A stretch of 56,829 nucleotides of DNA. It comes from a virus (taxonomy: Duplodnaviria; Caudoviricetes). Below are positions 25,169 through 35,106 of this stretch, piece by piece; position 1 is the stretch's first letter; each line of letters starts with the position of its first letter. A program made the position numbers and the translations under genes. The stretch lies in the IMG/VR virus record IMGVR_UViG_3300032163_000017, positions 1 through 56,829 of that record. One strand, written 5' to 3'. The notes beneath the pieces are model-generated. The model was not told the DNA's origin. It searched no databases and saw only the letters and a list, made by a program, of their open reading frames with translations.

Positions 25169-27370
25169 TTATCTCCTATATTTAAATGGAGTAATCTCCC
25201 TGATTGGGGGAGGAGTAGAAGGAGCAACCTCTAACGCTCTAACCTGTGGCTCAAACCCTTTCAGCTTTGTTGCTCTTGCTTTAGCCTGTCTCCTCTCCTC
25301 TGTTGTTATATTAATCCCTTGCTTAATTGCTCTCTGGAAGAATTGCTCAGCAAGATCATTCCTCCCTCCAGCAATTGCATTAGCAGCAAGCTCGATGAAG
25401 CGTCTCCTTCTTGCCTCAAGAGATGGGCCAAGGAACATCGTTTCTGCTATCCCTCTCTCTCCAAGCACTCTTCCTCTGGGCTGAGTCTTGGTGGGTTCAC
25501 TTACAACCTCTCCCTCTCCCTTCACTCGTCTTATCAGTCTTGTAAGTGGTGGAGCAATTCCTCCAAAGAATTGTTGGAGGGTGGTATCAATCTCCTCTGG
25601 TTTCTGCTGCAACCTAACCAAAGCTTGAATGATTGGGCCAGCAGTGGGGCCAAAGATTTGACTCACATCAGAAGGGATGTTAAATGGCTCGAGAGAGGCT
25701 CCAAAGTTAACAGGAGGGGAGATTCCCAGCACCTCTGTACCAGCTTCGATTGGGTTAAAGTCACCAATATCAACTCCAGCATTTCTCAGCAATCCCTTCC
25801 TTGTTGCATCCCAAAGGTTGAAAGGGACTGCAGATGAACCTGCAAGCACCATCAGCGATCCCATCGCTCTTCCCAGTTGAGGCCACTGTTTGTTCCTGAT
25901 AAGCTGAGCGAGAAAGTTGACATAGTTAGCTGTAAAGGTACGGAATTGAAAGATCAACCTCCCTGTTGGTGACTTACTCATAATCAAAGGCATTGCTTCT
26001 TTATGATAGAGAAATTGGGTACGGTTGACAAGGTTGATGGCATGATCAACCATCTTCTCCCCACTTAATCCCATCTCTGCTGCTTGCCTCTTTCCAGCAG
26101 CATAACTTACCACCCTATTTAACTCCTCTGAGATTTTTGCTGGCCAGCTTATCCCTCTCTCAAACTTTGACAGCTTTGGAGTTCTCCCAAGAGCTTCAAC
26201 CAATCCTTTCCTTAGAGAGGCTTCAAAGATAACTCCAACATCTTTAGCCTCTTTCCAGATTTGAGGGTGCATCAAGGCATCACGATATCCCATCAAAAGG
26301 TTTTTCCCTCCGACCATTGGGTAGGTGGTAAGGAGAGGTTGAGTGGCATTAACAAAAGGAAAGCGGAACCATGACAATCCAATCTTTGCAAGATATTGAA
26401 AGCGGGTGGCATAATCTACCCCTTTAGCCACACTGCTGTAACCAGTTTCAGCATTGGGAAAGAGACGGGCTACACTTTCATTGAGGAAGATCCTCCTTGC
26501 TCCAGCAAGAGCCCCACGCTGAGCAGTGACATAATCAAACGCATACTGGCGGAGAGCAGCGTTGGGTTCACTTTCAACCAGTTTCTTTGCAATGGGCATA
26601 TAGCGATCAAGGAAAACCTTCCTCATCGCTCCATCGATGTACTCATCCATAACATCTTTATAATTCATCTTATAATTCCACAGTTTCTGAGCATGACGAG
26701 CTTCATCCAGTGGCCCAAACCTGCCTCCTTCTGGGAGAACTTTATAGCGGAGAGCATTAAGGGAGTCATCAACATGAGAGGCACGTTGAAGCTCTCTGGC
26801 AAGCTGAGCCTTCTGTGCTTCATAGCCTTCTCTGAGGGAAATGGTTGAGGGGTCAGTTGGAAGTTCTCCAAGAATCTTCTCCACCTTTTTAAGTTCATCC
26901 ATCTTCCTATTCTTTAAAGCTTTCACAGGGAAATGGGTGAAGTGACCAGCGATGTAACCGATTTCTGGATCGGCCTTCTTTGCAATCTGCCAGATGGGAT
27001 CTTCCACCTCTCTAAGGTGCTCAACCACCGCTGACTGAATATTACGAGGATACTGGGCAAGCTCAGCAGGATTGGGAGGACGTTTGTTATAGTAGGGGAA
27101 CTCAAGGAGTTTAAGGAAGCTGTTAACCTGTTCCTCATCCTCCAATCCATATTTCTTGATGATGTCAGCTGTCTTTAATTTAAAGTTTTCCCCAACCACT
27201 CTTGCCATCCGTTGCTCTTTCACCGTGAAATTGTAGAGCTGTTTCAAGCGAGGGGATTGGGAGAGAAGCTGTTCTGGATGGAGGAGGGAAGGAACAGCCA
27301 TCTCAATAGCACCACCAATCCTTCCAGCAAACTTAAAGGGGAATTTGATTGCTTCAGTGATCAATGCCAT
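25169..27370 (-). CDS. Large internal virion (ejection) protein
   Basis: 733 aa, helical; LIFQFRTF and hydrophobic C-terminal helices resembling large podovirus ejection proteins. Confidence 0.65.
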   Translation of the reverse strand: MALITEAIKFPFKFAGRIGGAIEMAVPSLLHPEQLLSQSPRLKQLYNFTVKEQRMARVVGENFKLKTADIIKKYGLEDEEQVNSFLKLLEFPYYNKRPPNPAELAQYPRNIQSAVVEHLREVEDPIWQIAKKADPEIGYIAGHFTHFPVKALKNRKMDELKKVEKILGELPTDPSTISLREGYEAQKAQLARELQRASHVDDSLNALRYKVLPEGGRFGPLDEARHAQKLWNYKMNYKDVMDEYIDGAMRKVFLDRYMPIAKKLVESEPNAALRQYAFDYVTAQRGALAGARRIFLNESVARLFPNAETGYSSVAKGVDYATRFQYLAKIGLSWFRFPFVNATQPLLTTYPMVGGKNLLMGYRDALMHPQIWKEAKDVGVIFEASLRKGLVEALGRTPKLSKFERGISWPAKISEELNRVVSYAAGKRQAAEMGLSGEKMVDHAINLVNRTQFLYHKEAMPLIMSKSPTGRLIFQFRTFTANYVNFLAQLIRNKQWPQLGRAMGSLMVLAGSSAVPFNLWDATRKGLLRNAGVDIGDFNPIEAGTEVLGISPPVNFGASLEPFNIPSDVSQIFGPTAGPIIQALVRLQQKPEEIDTTLQQFFGGIAPPLTRLIRRVKGEGEVVSEPTKTQPRGRVLGERGIAETMFLGPSLEARRRRFIELAANAIAGGRNDLAEQFFQRAIKQGINITTEERRQAKARATKLKGFEPQVRALEVAPSTPPPIREITPFKYRR

Positions 27371-27380
27371 CTTTCTTTCC

Positions 27381-28385
27381 TTATAAAGTGGGTGTTTCCA
27401 TCATCTTTTGAAGGTAATTAGCCCAATCCCCAGGTTGACTTGCTTCTTCAACTACTGTTTTAGCTGCTCCACCTACCTCTTCACCATCTGCTACACCTGC
27501 TTGGGCAGCTTTCTTTCCACCTTTCAACACCTTCCTACTCCAAGAAGGCATCTCAGCCCAGCTTACCAATGATCTTATCCTATTCGTGTTTCCTTCTCTG
27601 AGTATCTTTACTGCTTGAGCTCCTTGCTCTGGACCAACATTGACGATTGTTTCAGCCACTCGTTGAAGCTGATCTTTTGGGATATACTGTTGACCCATTT
27701 GCATAATTTGACTGTAAAGTTGTCTGTTTGGTTGATCCCAGGTTGCCCAGGAGCGTGGAATCTCCCCTACCCATTGCTCCAATCCTGGTTTCATAAAGAT
27801 TTTTCCAATCTTCTCAGCTGCCTTCCTTCCCAGAGGAAGCATCTTAACACCAGGTGGAGCTGCTCTCGCTGCCATCCTTGTAGCTGCTAACTCTCCCAAC
27901 CCTGTATACATAAGGGGATCAGTTACCATTCTTGTCACCCCTCCTCCAGGAAGCTCTGTTTCCTCTCTTTGTGACCCCATCCACTCTCCTGTTTTCTGGA
28001 AAGGTTCTTTTAATGCTGCTAAGATTCCTCCAAAGGTAGCAGGATAACGCTTTCCTTTAAGGATGGGATCGAGAAGGTTGGCAACAATTTGCTGAGGGGT
28101 CTCCAGCACCTTCATTGGTGTCCCCACCGCTGTTGCCCCTGCTGCATACAAAGAGGGATGTCTCTCCTTCCAAGAAGGTTGATAGGGACGGGCAAACTCT
28201 GGAGCATCAGCAAAAGCTTCATCCTCTAAGCTCTTTCTAAAAGCAGGATCTCTCACCTTATTACTTGCAGTCACCAAACGTGCAACCCACTCGTTTCTGA
28301 TCTCATTCTGCTCTGGGAGGGTAAGAGTGTTCCAATCTTCTCCAAGAACTCTTTTTACATCCTCAAAAGTTCGTTGAATGGCCAT
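27381..28385 (-). CDS. Internal virion (ejection) protein
   Basis: Position in cluster, TDPL motif, Ala/Gly-rich helices. Confidence 0.55.
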   Translation of the reverse strand: MAIQRTFEDVKRVLGEDWNTLTLPEQNEIRNEWVARLVTASNKVRDPAFRKSLEDEAFADAPEFARPYQPSWKERHPSLYAAGATAVGTPMKVLETPQQIVANLLDPILKGKRYPATFGGILAALKEPFQKTGEWMGSQREETELPGGGVTRMVTDPLMYTGLGELAATRMAARAAPPGVKMLPLGRKAAEKIGKIFMKPGLEQWVGEIPRSWATWDQPNRQLYSQIMQMGQQYIPKDQLQRVAETIVNVGPEQGAQAVKILREGNTNRIRSLVSWAEMPSWSRKVLKGGKKAAQAGVADGEEVGGAAKTVVEEASQPGDWANYLQKMMETPTL

Positions 28386-28397
28386 CTTTATTCTCCT

Positions 28398-29627
28398 TTA
28401 TTTCCATCCCAGTTTCTTTTTTGCATTATTCACTGGAGTCTCTTTCTCACTTCTGGGTTGTGGGAGGGGAGTTACTCCTGGAGCACCTTCACCTTCCACT
28501 CCTTTTTTCCTCTCTCCTCCGCCCTTCTCCATATCTAAGATTCGCTCATAGAACATCATCCCTTCTGATTTTAACCAATCATCAAAACTGAGTTTGGGTT
28601 CAGAGAAACGAGTGGGGAGGTAGTTTGGGTCAAGTTTAGCAAATCCCATCTCCATCATGTTGTGACTACGTTCTGCAGAGGAGATGTTTCTTGAGTAAAG
28701 GGAGTAAGCTGTTAAAGCATCCCTGTAAACTTGCTGAGGAGTCTTCCCTCTTGCTGCTAATTTCTTCCATTGATCTTGCAGCCCCAACCTCTTTTCTTGA
28801 AAGCTCTGATACCAGTCTTGTTGCTGAGATAACCTTTTCTCCCTTCCAGTGAGAAGTTTCATCCTCTCTTCCCGCTCAGCTTTCCTTCCTTTTGATTCCT
28901 CAGTCAAAGCCTCTCTTTGAAGTCCTCTTGATTTAGCCTCCTCAACATGTTCTTGATACCTTCTTCTGATGTTTACTGGAAGAGCAGCTATTGCTTGCTC
29001 ATCAGTCGCTTGAGGATTAGCCTGTTTATAGGTATCAATCATCCTTTCAGCTCTCTCGATTGTCTCCCAAAGCATCTCCTCTTTTGTTGGTTTGATTTTT
29101 GTCATCAGAGCAGTCTTTTGAGTTTTCAGCCAAGTTTGCTGATCCTCTGGAGACTCAGGGTATAGCTTCTTTGCTTGAGTCTCTAACTCAGTCTCATGTT
29201 CGGGTTGGAGGAGAGGGGAGGGGGCAAAGGTGAAAGGGCCAGTTTGAGGAAGGTTTATTCCTGCTGGTCTCTCACTTCTCCGCCCAAAAGGAGATTTTAC
29301 TTTTGTTGCTCCTTCAAGTTCAATTCCTCCTTCAGGGAGAGGAAGGATGGTCTCAGGCTTGGCTCCAAACAGTCTCCTGAAGGTGGGTGGTTGATACACC
29401 CCATATCCAGGAAAGATTACCTGAGAGTATAATTTCTCCCTTTCCTCTTTTGGCATCTGAGAGAGGGCAGGATATGAGCGAGTAATTGCTTCAAGCATAA
29501 GCTGTTGCTGAGCTTGCTTTCTACTCTCTTTTGGCATGACTGCTTCAATGATATCCTTTGCAAGAGCAGCACTGAGGTCAGGGTGACCAATCTCAAAATT
29601 GAAGGATTGTGATCTTCTTCTCACCAT
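28398..29627 (-). CDS. Internal virion (ejection) protein, coiled-coil
   Basis: Q/E/K-rich helical protein in the ejection cluster. Confidence 0.55.
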   Translation of the reverse strand: MVRRRSQSFNFEIGHPDLSAALAKDIIEAVMPKESRKQAQQQLMLEAITRSYPALSQMPKEEREKLYSQVIFPGYGVYQPPTFRRLFGAKPETILPLPEGGIELEGATKVKSPFGRRSERPAGINLPQTGPFTFAPSPLLQPEHETELETQAKKLYPESPEDQQTWLKTQKTALMTKIKPTKEEMLWETIERAERMIDTYKQANPQATDEQAIAALPVNIRRRYQEHVEEAKSRGLQREALTEESKGRKAEREERMKLLTGREKRLSQQQDWYQSFQEKRLGLQDQWKKLAARGKTPQQVYRDALTAYSLYSRNISSAERSHNMMEMGFAKLDPNYLPTRFSEPKLSFDDWLKSEGMMFYERILDMEKGGGERKKGVEGEGAPGVTPLPQPRSEKETPVNNAKKKLGWK

Positions 29628-30382
29628 TTTATCTTACCTCCCAGCATCCAATATCGCTGCCATTCTCTTAATCCATACAGATTTCCTAAAAGAGCATATA
29701 ACCCTACCCAGATTCTTGTCAAAGGATAAAGGAGAGTTTTAAGGAAAAGTTTATCCTCATAGAAGGCTTTAGCGTAAAGCTCCATTGGATGAACCATCAC
29801 CCATTTAATCATAGTCTTAAAAAGAGGTGATTTTGCCATCAAAGGGACAAAGAGCAAAGCAAGTCTTTTATATCCCTGAGCTACCATTGAGTCAATATCA
29901 TAGTGAGAGTCTTTGTATCTTCTTACATACTCGAGAAGTTCTCCTCTTGACCCTGCAGCAAGAAAGTTATAACAACAGACTCCTCCCTGAGCTGCTTCAC
30001 TTGACTCCTTCCCAACCTGCCCCACCGCTGGAGCTTGCATGGAGTAGGCGGTAAGGAACTCAGCTGCTTTCTGCCACATCTCTTGAGGAACTTTTGCCAT
30101 TGTCAAGACTGCTCCCTCTCCCGCTTTAGCCACCGCTTGTTGACGAGCAGGGGTTGACATTCCTCTCGTTTCAGAGATTCTTCTTCTCTCTTGGGCAGCT
30201 TCTCTCATCCCTGCCTCTCCAATGATTGTACTCATTGCTTGAGCTTCTGGAGAAGACATATCGCCAGCGAAGATACTTTGAAAACTCTTGACCATTTGGG
30301 GAGCTAACTTTGTCTGACCAGGAAGATACTTAAAAACTGGAGCTTGGGTTGATTCTGATTTTGATCCACCACCTGATACCAT
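29621..30382 (-). CDS. Pilot/ejection protein with C-terminal CFI-box-CTERM-like domain
   Basis: GGGSKSEST N-terminus; GGVCC...VRRYKD...GYKRLA...VPLM...VHPM. Confidence 0.55.
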   Translation of the reverse strand: MVSGGGSKSESTQAPVFKYLPGQTKLAPQMVKSFQSIFAGDMSSPEAQAMSTIIGEAGMREAAQERRRISETRGMSTPARQQAVAKAGEGAVLTMAKVPQEMWQKAAEFLTAYSMQAPAVGQVGKESSEAAQGGVCCYNFLAAGSRGELLEYVRRYKDSHYDIDSMVAQGYKRLALLFVPLMAKSPLFKTMIKWVMVHPMELYAKAFYEDKLFLKTLLYPLTRIWVGLYALLGNLYGLREWQRYWMLGGKIKW

Positions 30383-30387
30383 CTTAG

Positions 30388-30636
30388 TCACCTCCATATT
30401 TTGTTGATGATTGCATACATTGGTTTGGTTATACGTTTCTTGTCAGGATGAGTATGTAGATAAAAACGCATCTCTTTATCCAACTCATTCCCCTCAAACA
30501 CTTTTTCAAATCCCAAAAAAGGACATTGCTTATTTCTCAGTTTCTCTACAACCTCTTCTTTTGTGGTGAGAGATTTAATAAGATTGAGATGAAGTTCAAA
30601 AATTTCTAAAAATCTCTCATCTTCTTTTGTTATCAT
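30388..30636 (-). CDS. Hypothetical protein
   Basis: ATGA-coupled late ORF. Confidence 0.65.
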   Translation of the reverse strand: MITKEDERFLEIFELHLNLIKSLTTKEEVVEKLRNKQCPFLGFEKVFEGNELDKEMRFYLHTHPDKKRITKPMYAIINKIWR

Positions 30637-31034
30637 AAATCTTTCTCCAAGAGATATCTTTTCAACTTATACCCATACTTCTCTGCAGCTCGTGGAAGAT
30701 GCTGAAACAGAGCATATACCTTTTTAACTCCCAGAGAGCGGAGATGCTCTTCAAAAAAGTCTCCAATGATGGGAGTAAGAATGGGATCTTCTGAATACAT
30801 CTGTGACATCATAAACTCTCCTGTATCCATCTTAAACCCATTAAGGTAAGCGACAAGAGGAAAGTCTTTCTCATCATCCTTTCCAACAATGGTGATAACC
30901 TTTCCTCCCATGAGAGAGACAGAAACCTCATTCACATGAACATGGAAGGGGGTGTCAGTGGTCTCGGCAAACTTTTTGATTAGCATAAGCAATCCTGGAA
31001 AATCTTCTTGTTTGAGAAAATCAACTGTTTTCAT
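30633..31034 (-). CDS. Possible GNAT-fold protein
   Basis: C-terminal FEEHLRSLGVKKVY...AEKYGY pattern; position between tail and ejection genes. Confidence 0.45.
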   Translation of the reverse strand: MKTVDFLKQEDFPGLLMLIKKFAETTDTPFHVHVNEVSVSLMGGKVITIVGKDDEKDFPLVAYLNGFKMDTGEFMMSQMYSEDPILTPIIGDFFEEHLRSLGVKKVYALFQHLPRAAEKYGYKLKRYLLEKDL

Positions 31035-31043
31035 TATACTCTC

Positions 31044-33011
31044 CTATGGGTTAGCGATACCAAAGTAAAAGGTCTCAATAATCATCAGTGAGGGACTTGC
31101 ACTTATCGATGGTGATATACTGAGACTCACTGATGGTGATATTGAAGGCGATATCGAGAGAGAAATCGATAGACTGATACTTGGACTCACTGATGGAGAA
31201 ACGCTTGGTGAAACGCTCGGACTCACCGAAGCACTTGGGCTCCATGATGGTGAGACCGAAGGGGAAATGGATGGAGATACGCTTGGACTCAGTGAAGCCG
31301 AGGGACTTACAGATAGCGATATAGAAGGACTGATTGAAGGTGACACTGATGGACTAATTGAGAGACTAATGCTCACACTCACAGAAGGAGATAATGACGG
31401 GCTGATTGATGGACTCAGAGAAGGAGATACACTTATGCTTAGACTGATGCTTGGTGATATAGAAGGTGAAACAGATGGTGATACTGATAGAGATATCGAT
31501 GGACTTATCGAAGGACTTATCGAAGGACCTATACTCGGACTCAGAGAAGGAGAGACCGAAGGAGAGATTGAGGGACTGATGGAGGCTGAAGGACTCCAAG
31601 AAGGTGATACGGATGGACTTAGAGAAGGAGATATGCTTGGAGATACTGATGGACTTATACTTAGACTTACCGATGGTGATATTGGAGGAGAGACTGATGG
31701 AGAAAGACTTGCACTTATAGAAGGGCTAATTGATGGACTAATTGAGGGACTCATAGAGACTGAGATGCTCAAGCTAATACTTGGACTTATTGATGGAGAA
31801 ACACTTAAAGATATTGATGGTGAAATCGATGCACTTGGACTGAGACTTGGTGAGATAGAGGGTGACAAACTGGGTGATACACTCGGTGACACCGAGGCAC
31901 TGGGACTAAGTGAAGGAGAAATGGATGGTGAAATTGAAGGACTTATTGAAGGGCTAACAGACGGTGAAATACTCGGTGATGCAGAGGGAGATATTGAAGG
32001 TGATATTGATGCACTGGGGCTTAAAGACGGGCTAATAGACGGTGATGCCGAGGGGCTAATAGATGGACTCACTGATGGGGATTCACTTGGACTAATAGAT
32101 GGCGACAATGAAGGACTGATACTTGCACTTGGAGATAGTGATGGAGAGGCAGATGGGCTGATTGAAGGGCTTACACTTGGTGATATGCTTGGTGATATAG
32201 ATGGTGATGCAGAAGGACTAAGCGATGGGGATATACTCGCTGACGGACTTAATGAAGGCGAAATAGACGGTGAAACTGAAGGAGAGATACTGGGACTCAT
32301 GCTCGGACTAATTGAGGGCGATAGTGAGGGTGAAACACTTGGACTAATACTTGCAGATGGCGATAAAGAAGGCGAGATGGACGGGCTGATACTTGGACTA
32401 AGTGAAGGAGAAACCGATGGGCTTATACTGGGTGATGCGCTTGGAGACATGGATGGTGAAAGGCTTGCTGATCCCGCAGACCAGGTTACTGTTAATCTTG
32501 CACAAAGGGTTGTGCTATTATCATAAGATTTGATGAGCCTGTAAGCAGCCGTACTTGAAGCATTATCTGCAACAAACAAGACCAAATGGTTACCACTTAC
32601 CCACCCTGCCCTGTTTACGATTTCCTGAATAATGCCAGTAATATCTGGACTGTCATAATCTGTATCTACAGTCCAAGTGGGTATGTTATCCCAGTTTACA
32701 TATGCGGTAGTTCTTGTTCTCCCAGTATAATTTGCATAAGTGGAAAATGTTGCTGCATCATCAACTGCCTCTCCCTTAATTTGAGCATTGCAAGTTGTCC
32801 CAGACGCACTACTAAACGCTTGAAATGTTACCTTTGCAGTTAATATTGTAGCCCCTTGTGGGATAGCCACATTTACAAATCTAATTCCTGGGTCCCAAAT
32901 ATATGTTGAACTACCACCATTTCCAAGGGCAAGATAAGCATCAAGGTTAATATCTGATTCTTCTCTTATAAAACAATCATCACTACTTTGACCTGGTTTA
33001 AAAACTGCCAT
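31044..33011 (-). CDS. Ser/Pro-rich repeat (mucin/SRRP-like) virion protein with N-terminal beta-sandwich domain
   Basis: 180-aa globular domain (GIRF..V.IPQGATI..A; DIT.IIQEIV...W..GN), 461-aa (SPS[IVLA])n tract, 14-aa tail. Confidence 0.85.
   Translation of the reverse strand: MAVFKPGQSSDDCFIREESDINLDAYLALGNGGSSTYIWDPGIRFVNVAIPQGATILTAKVTFQAFSSASGTTCNAQIKGEAVDDAATFSTYANYTGRTRTTAYVNWDNIPTWTVDTDYDSPDITGIIQEIVNRAGWVSGNHLVLFVADNASSTAAYRLIKSYDNSTTLCARLTVTWSAGSASLSPSMSPSASPSISPSVSPSLSPSISPSISPSLSPSASISPSVSPSLSPSISPSMSPSISPSVSPSISPSLSPSASISPSLSPSASPSISPSISPSVSPSISPSASPSLSPSASISPSLSPSISPSESPSVSPSISPSASPSISPSLSPSASISPSISPSASPSISPSVSPSISPSISPSISPSLSPSASVSPSVSPSLSPSISPSLSPSASISPSISLSVSPSISPSISLSISVSMSPSISPSISPSISASLSPSVSPPISPSVSLSISPSVSPSISPSLSPSVSPSWSPSASISPSISPSVSPSLSPSIGPSISPSISPSISLSVSPSVSPSISPSISLSISVSPSLSPSISPSLSPSVSVSISLSISPSVSPSISPSISLSVSPSASLSPSVSPSISPSVSPSWSPSASVSPSVSPSVSPSVSPSISLSISLSISPSISPSVSLSISPSISASPSLMIIETFYFGIANP
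31089..32471 (-). repeat. 12-nt-period coding repeat encoding Ser-X alternation
   Basis: Protein-level repeat with heavily diversified synonymous codons. Confidence 0.9.
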
Positions 33012-33026
33012 TTTATCATTCCCTCA

Positions 33027-33833
33027 TTAGTAAGACCCCCAAATTCCAAACTCAGGTGTCATCCATTGTCCCACTGCAGCCGCAACTAAATTCACGCTGC
33101 TGTAATTATGGAGACCATCACACTCGATGAAACCTCCTGCCAGACTATTCCAAATCGTGTCTGCTGCACCAGCCTGTACTCGGAGATAGTTTGCAGTACC
33201 TTGCCTTACCAACTTTATCCAATACCCAACGTGAGCAACATCAATATCGGGTAGAGTAAAGATTCTATTCCCACCACTCACATCCATAATATGAATCTTT
33301 CCTAAGTCTAAGTTTGTAAGGATTGTATTGGTGTTGTGAGTCACAACTGAGTAGTAACTACCAGTAACAGAAGTACCAATTCCTGATGCTGGAGTGGTTG
33401 CAACCTTAGCACTTTCATTTCCACTATCATCAAGGGTGGTGACCCAAAACCAATAAGCTACTCCTGCTGTTATCGTGATGGATGCATCTTGAGATTTCTC
33501 CCCGATGGGGATGTTTACAGCATCAGCAGTATACCCTACCTCTCTGATTAGCTTAGCAGAAGCTGGAGTGTTAGCGGTGAAAATATAAATTTTAAAACCC
33601 CCTCCCCTCAAATCAAGCGTGGAAGGTTTAGCCCATTTAAGATGGAACATCCCTGCCAGCATAAGTAGGGTGATGGATGAGAGGACAGCTGGGGTGGTTG
33701 TGTCTTTGAGGGTGGTACGGGTGACAGCAACAGGGAGATCACTCCACTGCCCAACTGTGTTCTTTGCTTTCACTTGGAAGGAGTAAGAAGTGTTAGTTTT
33801 AAGAGCATCAATAATGCGAGAGGATTTAGTCAC
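33027..33833 (-). CDS. Tail fibre/receptor-binding protein starting with the C-terminal half of an FN3 domain
   Basis: IDALKTNTSYSFQVKAKN..GQWS, a full FN3 (KW.KP...YWFWVTTLD.SGNES), C-terminal fibre domain (IFTLP). Confidence 0.7.
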   Translation of the reverse strand: MTKSSRIIDALKTNTSYSFQVKAKNTVGQWSDLPVAVTRTTLKDTTTPAVLSSITLLMLAGMFHLKWAKPSTLDLRGGGFKIYIFTANTPASAKLIREVGYTADAVNIPIGEKSQDASITITAGVAYWFWVTTLDDSGNESAKVATTPASGIGTSVTGSYYSVVTHNTNTILTNLDLGKIHIMDVSGGNRIFTLPDIDVAHVGYWIKLVRQGTANYLRVQAGAADTIWNSLAGGFIECDGLHNYSSVNLVAAAVGQWMTPEFGIWGSY

Positions 33834-33847
33834 TTATAACACCCCTA

Positions 33848-35104
33848 TTAGGTCTGTATCTGCGTCGAGGCAATGAGCGAGCCAGTCGACGTTGATCTCG
33901 TCTCAAGATAACCGTGACGTTGTATGATTGGAATTGTCAGGTTATTGTTGTAAACTCCAATTACAAAGGTATTAGAATCCAAAAGCCCGATTGCCTTATA
34001 AGTACTCATGTATATGGTCTCATGCCGTAAGTCCCAAAGATAATCACCATCCAAACTGATCTTTGCAAAGATGCCTTGATTATAATAAAATGGAAGTGGC
34101 CCTTGCTGAACATATCCTATCGAATAAATACCTGAAGAATCTATAACACAATTAAGTAAGGCTTCAGCTAAATTAGTTGTCTCATAGTTCTTTACCCACT
34201 CCCAATCTGGGATGATGAGATTAACAAGAGCATCATCACATTGAAAGACTGAGACCCTCTGATTTCCACCGGAGGTAGCAGTCCAACTATTACCACAAAC
34301 ATAATATTTCCCCCCAGATGAAAGAAGACCAAAATTCATCCAATAATTTGGGACAGTAGGATCAAAGGCTCTGATAGTATATAATGTAGATAAGTTTGTC
34401 GTTTTATTAATTTTGTCAAGGAATCTTGGCCCTCCCCCAGAGCCAGAGATAAGAATTGAACCTCCAATATCAATCACCGTATCATAATCTGAATATACAG
34501 CTCCTTTATACCAAACTGTTGAACCGTCTGATTTATTTAACTTAAATCTTATTGCAGCGTCATGATTTAGAGCATCATTGTAAATTCCCACAACGTATAG
34601 GTATGAAGTATCTGTGACGAGACCTGTACCATAAGCCACTGCTGCAGGGATATATCCCTGCCAGGGATATATTGTCCAATATTCAGTGGCAAGATTATTC
34701 TTATCTCGTCTGGTAACTACTGAAACGTTCTTAGAATCCTTATAGGCAGTACCAGTTAAGTATATATCATTACCATCAATGTAAACTTGATAAAAGGCAT
34801 TAACCAAACTATCGGCTCCTACAATGAGGTTGAACTGATCAAGTACTTCAAATGTAGTCTTGTCTACCTTTATCACTGAGGCAGTGTAGGAAGTATTGCT
34901 GTATGCCTGCGAGCCACAAACATAAATGTAACTTCCATCAATCGTTAGGTGGTAGGGAATAAAAGCCAATCCCAACCAACCACCTGACATCTCCCTTGAA
35001 CGATACTTTATAGGATCAGCATCTAAAGGTGATACTGTATCTGTCCTATATTTTGTTGGACTTGCTTCCAAAGGAGAATGTATTTTTGATCTATAACCTG
35101 GCAT
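33848..35104 (-). CDS. Beta-propeller protein, probable receptor-binding
   Basis: Repeated IDGSYIYVCG / IDGNDIYLTG / TDTSYLYVVG / IDSSGIYSIG blades. Confidence 0.7.
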   Translation of the reverse strand: MPGYRSKIHSPLEASPTKYRTDTVSPLDADPIKYRSREMSGGWLGLAFIPYHLTIDGSYIYVCGSQAYSNTSYTASVIKVDKTTFEVLDQFNLIVGADSLVNAFYQVYIDGNDIYLTGTAYKDSKNVSVVTRRDKNNLATEYWTIYPWQGYIPAAVAYGTGLVTDTSYLYVVGIYNDALNHDAAIRFKLNKSDGSTVWYKGAVYSDYDTVIDIGGSILISGSGGGPRFLDKINKTTNLSTLYTIRAFDPTVPNYWMNFGLLSSGGKYYVCGNSWTATSGGNQRVSVFQCDDALVNLIIPDWEWVKNYETTNLAEALLNCVIDSSGIYSIGYVQQGPLPFYYNQGIFAKISLDGDYLWDLRHETIYMSTYKAIGLLDSNTFVIGVYNNNLTIPIIQRHGYLETRSTSTGSLIASTQIQT

Positions 35105-35106
35105 AG

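Noticed and set aside
31267-32526. 419-aa plus-strand ORF of (D/E)G(L/E/D)-type repeats
   Set aside because: Antisense shadow of the Ser-Pro repeat; it opposes the late operon and has no independent support
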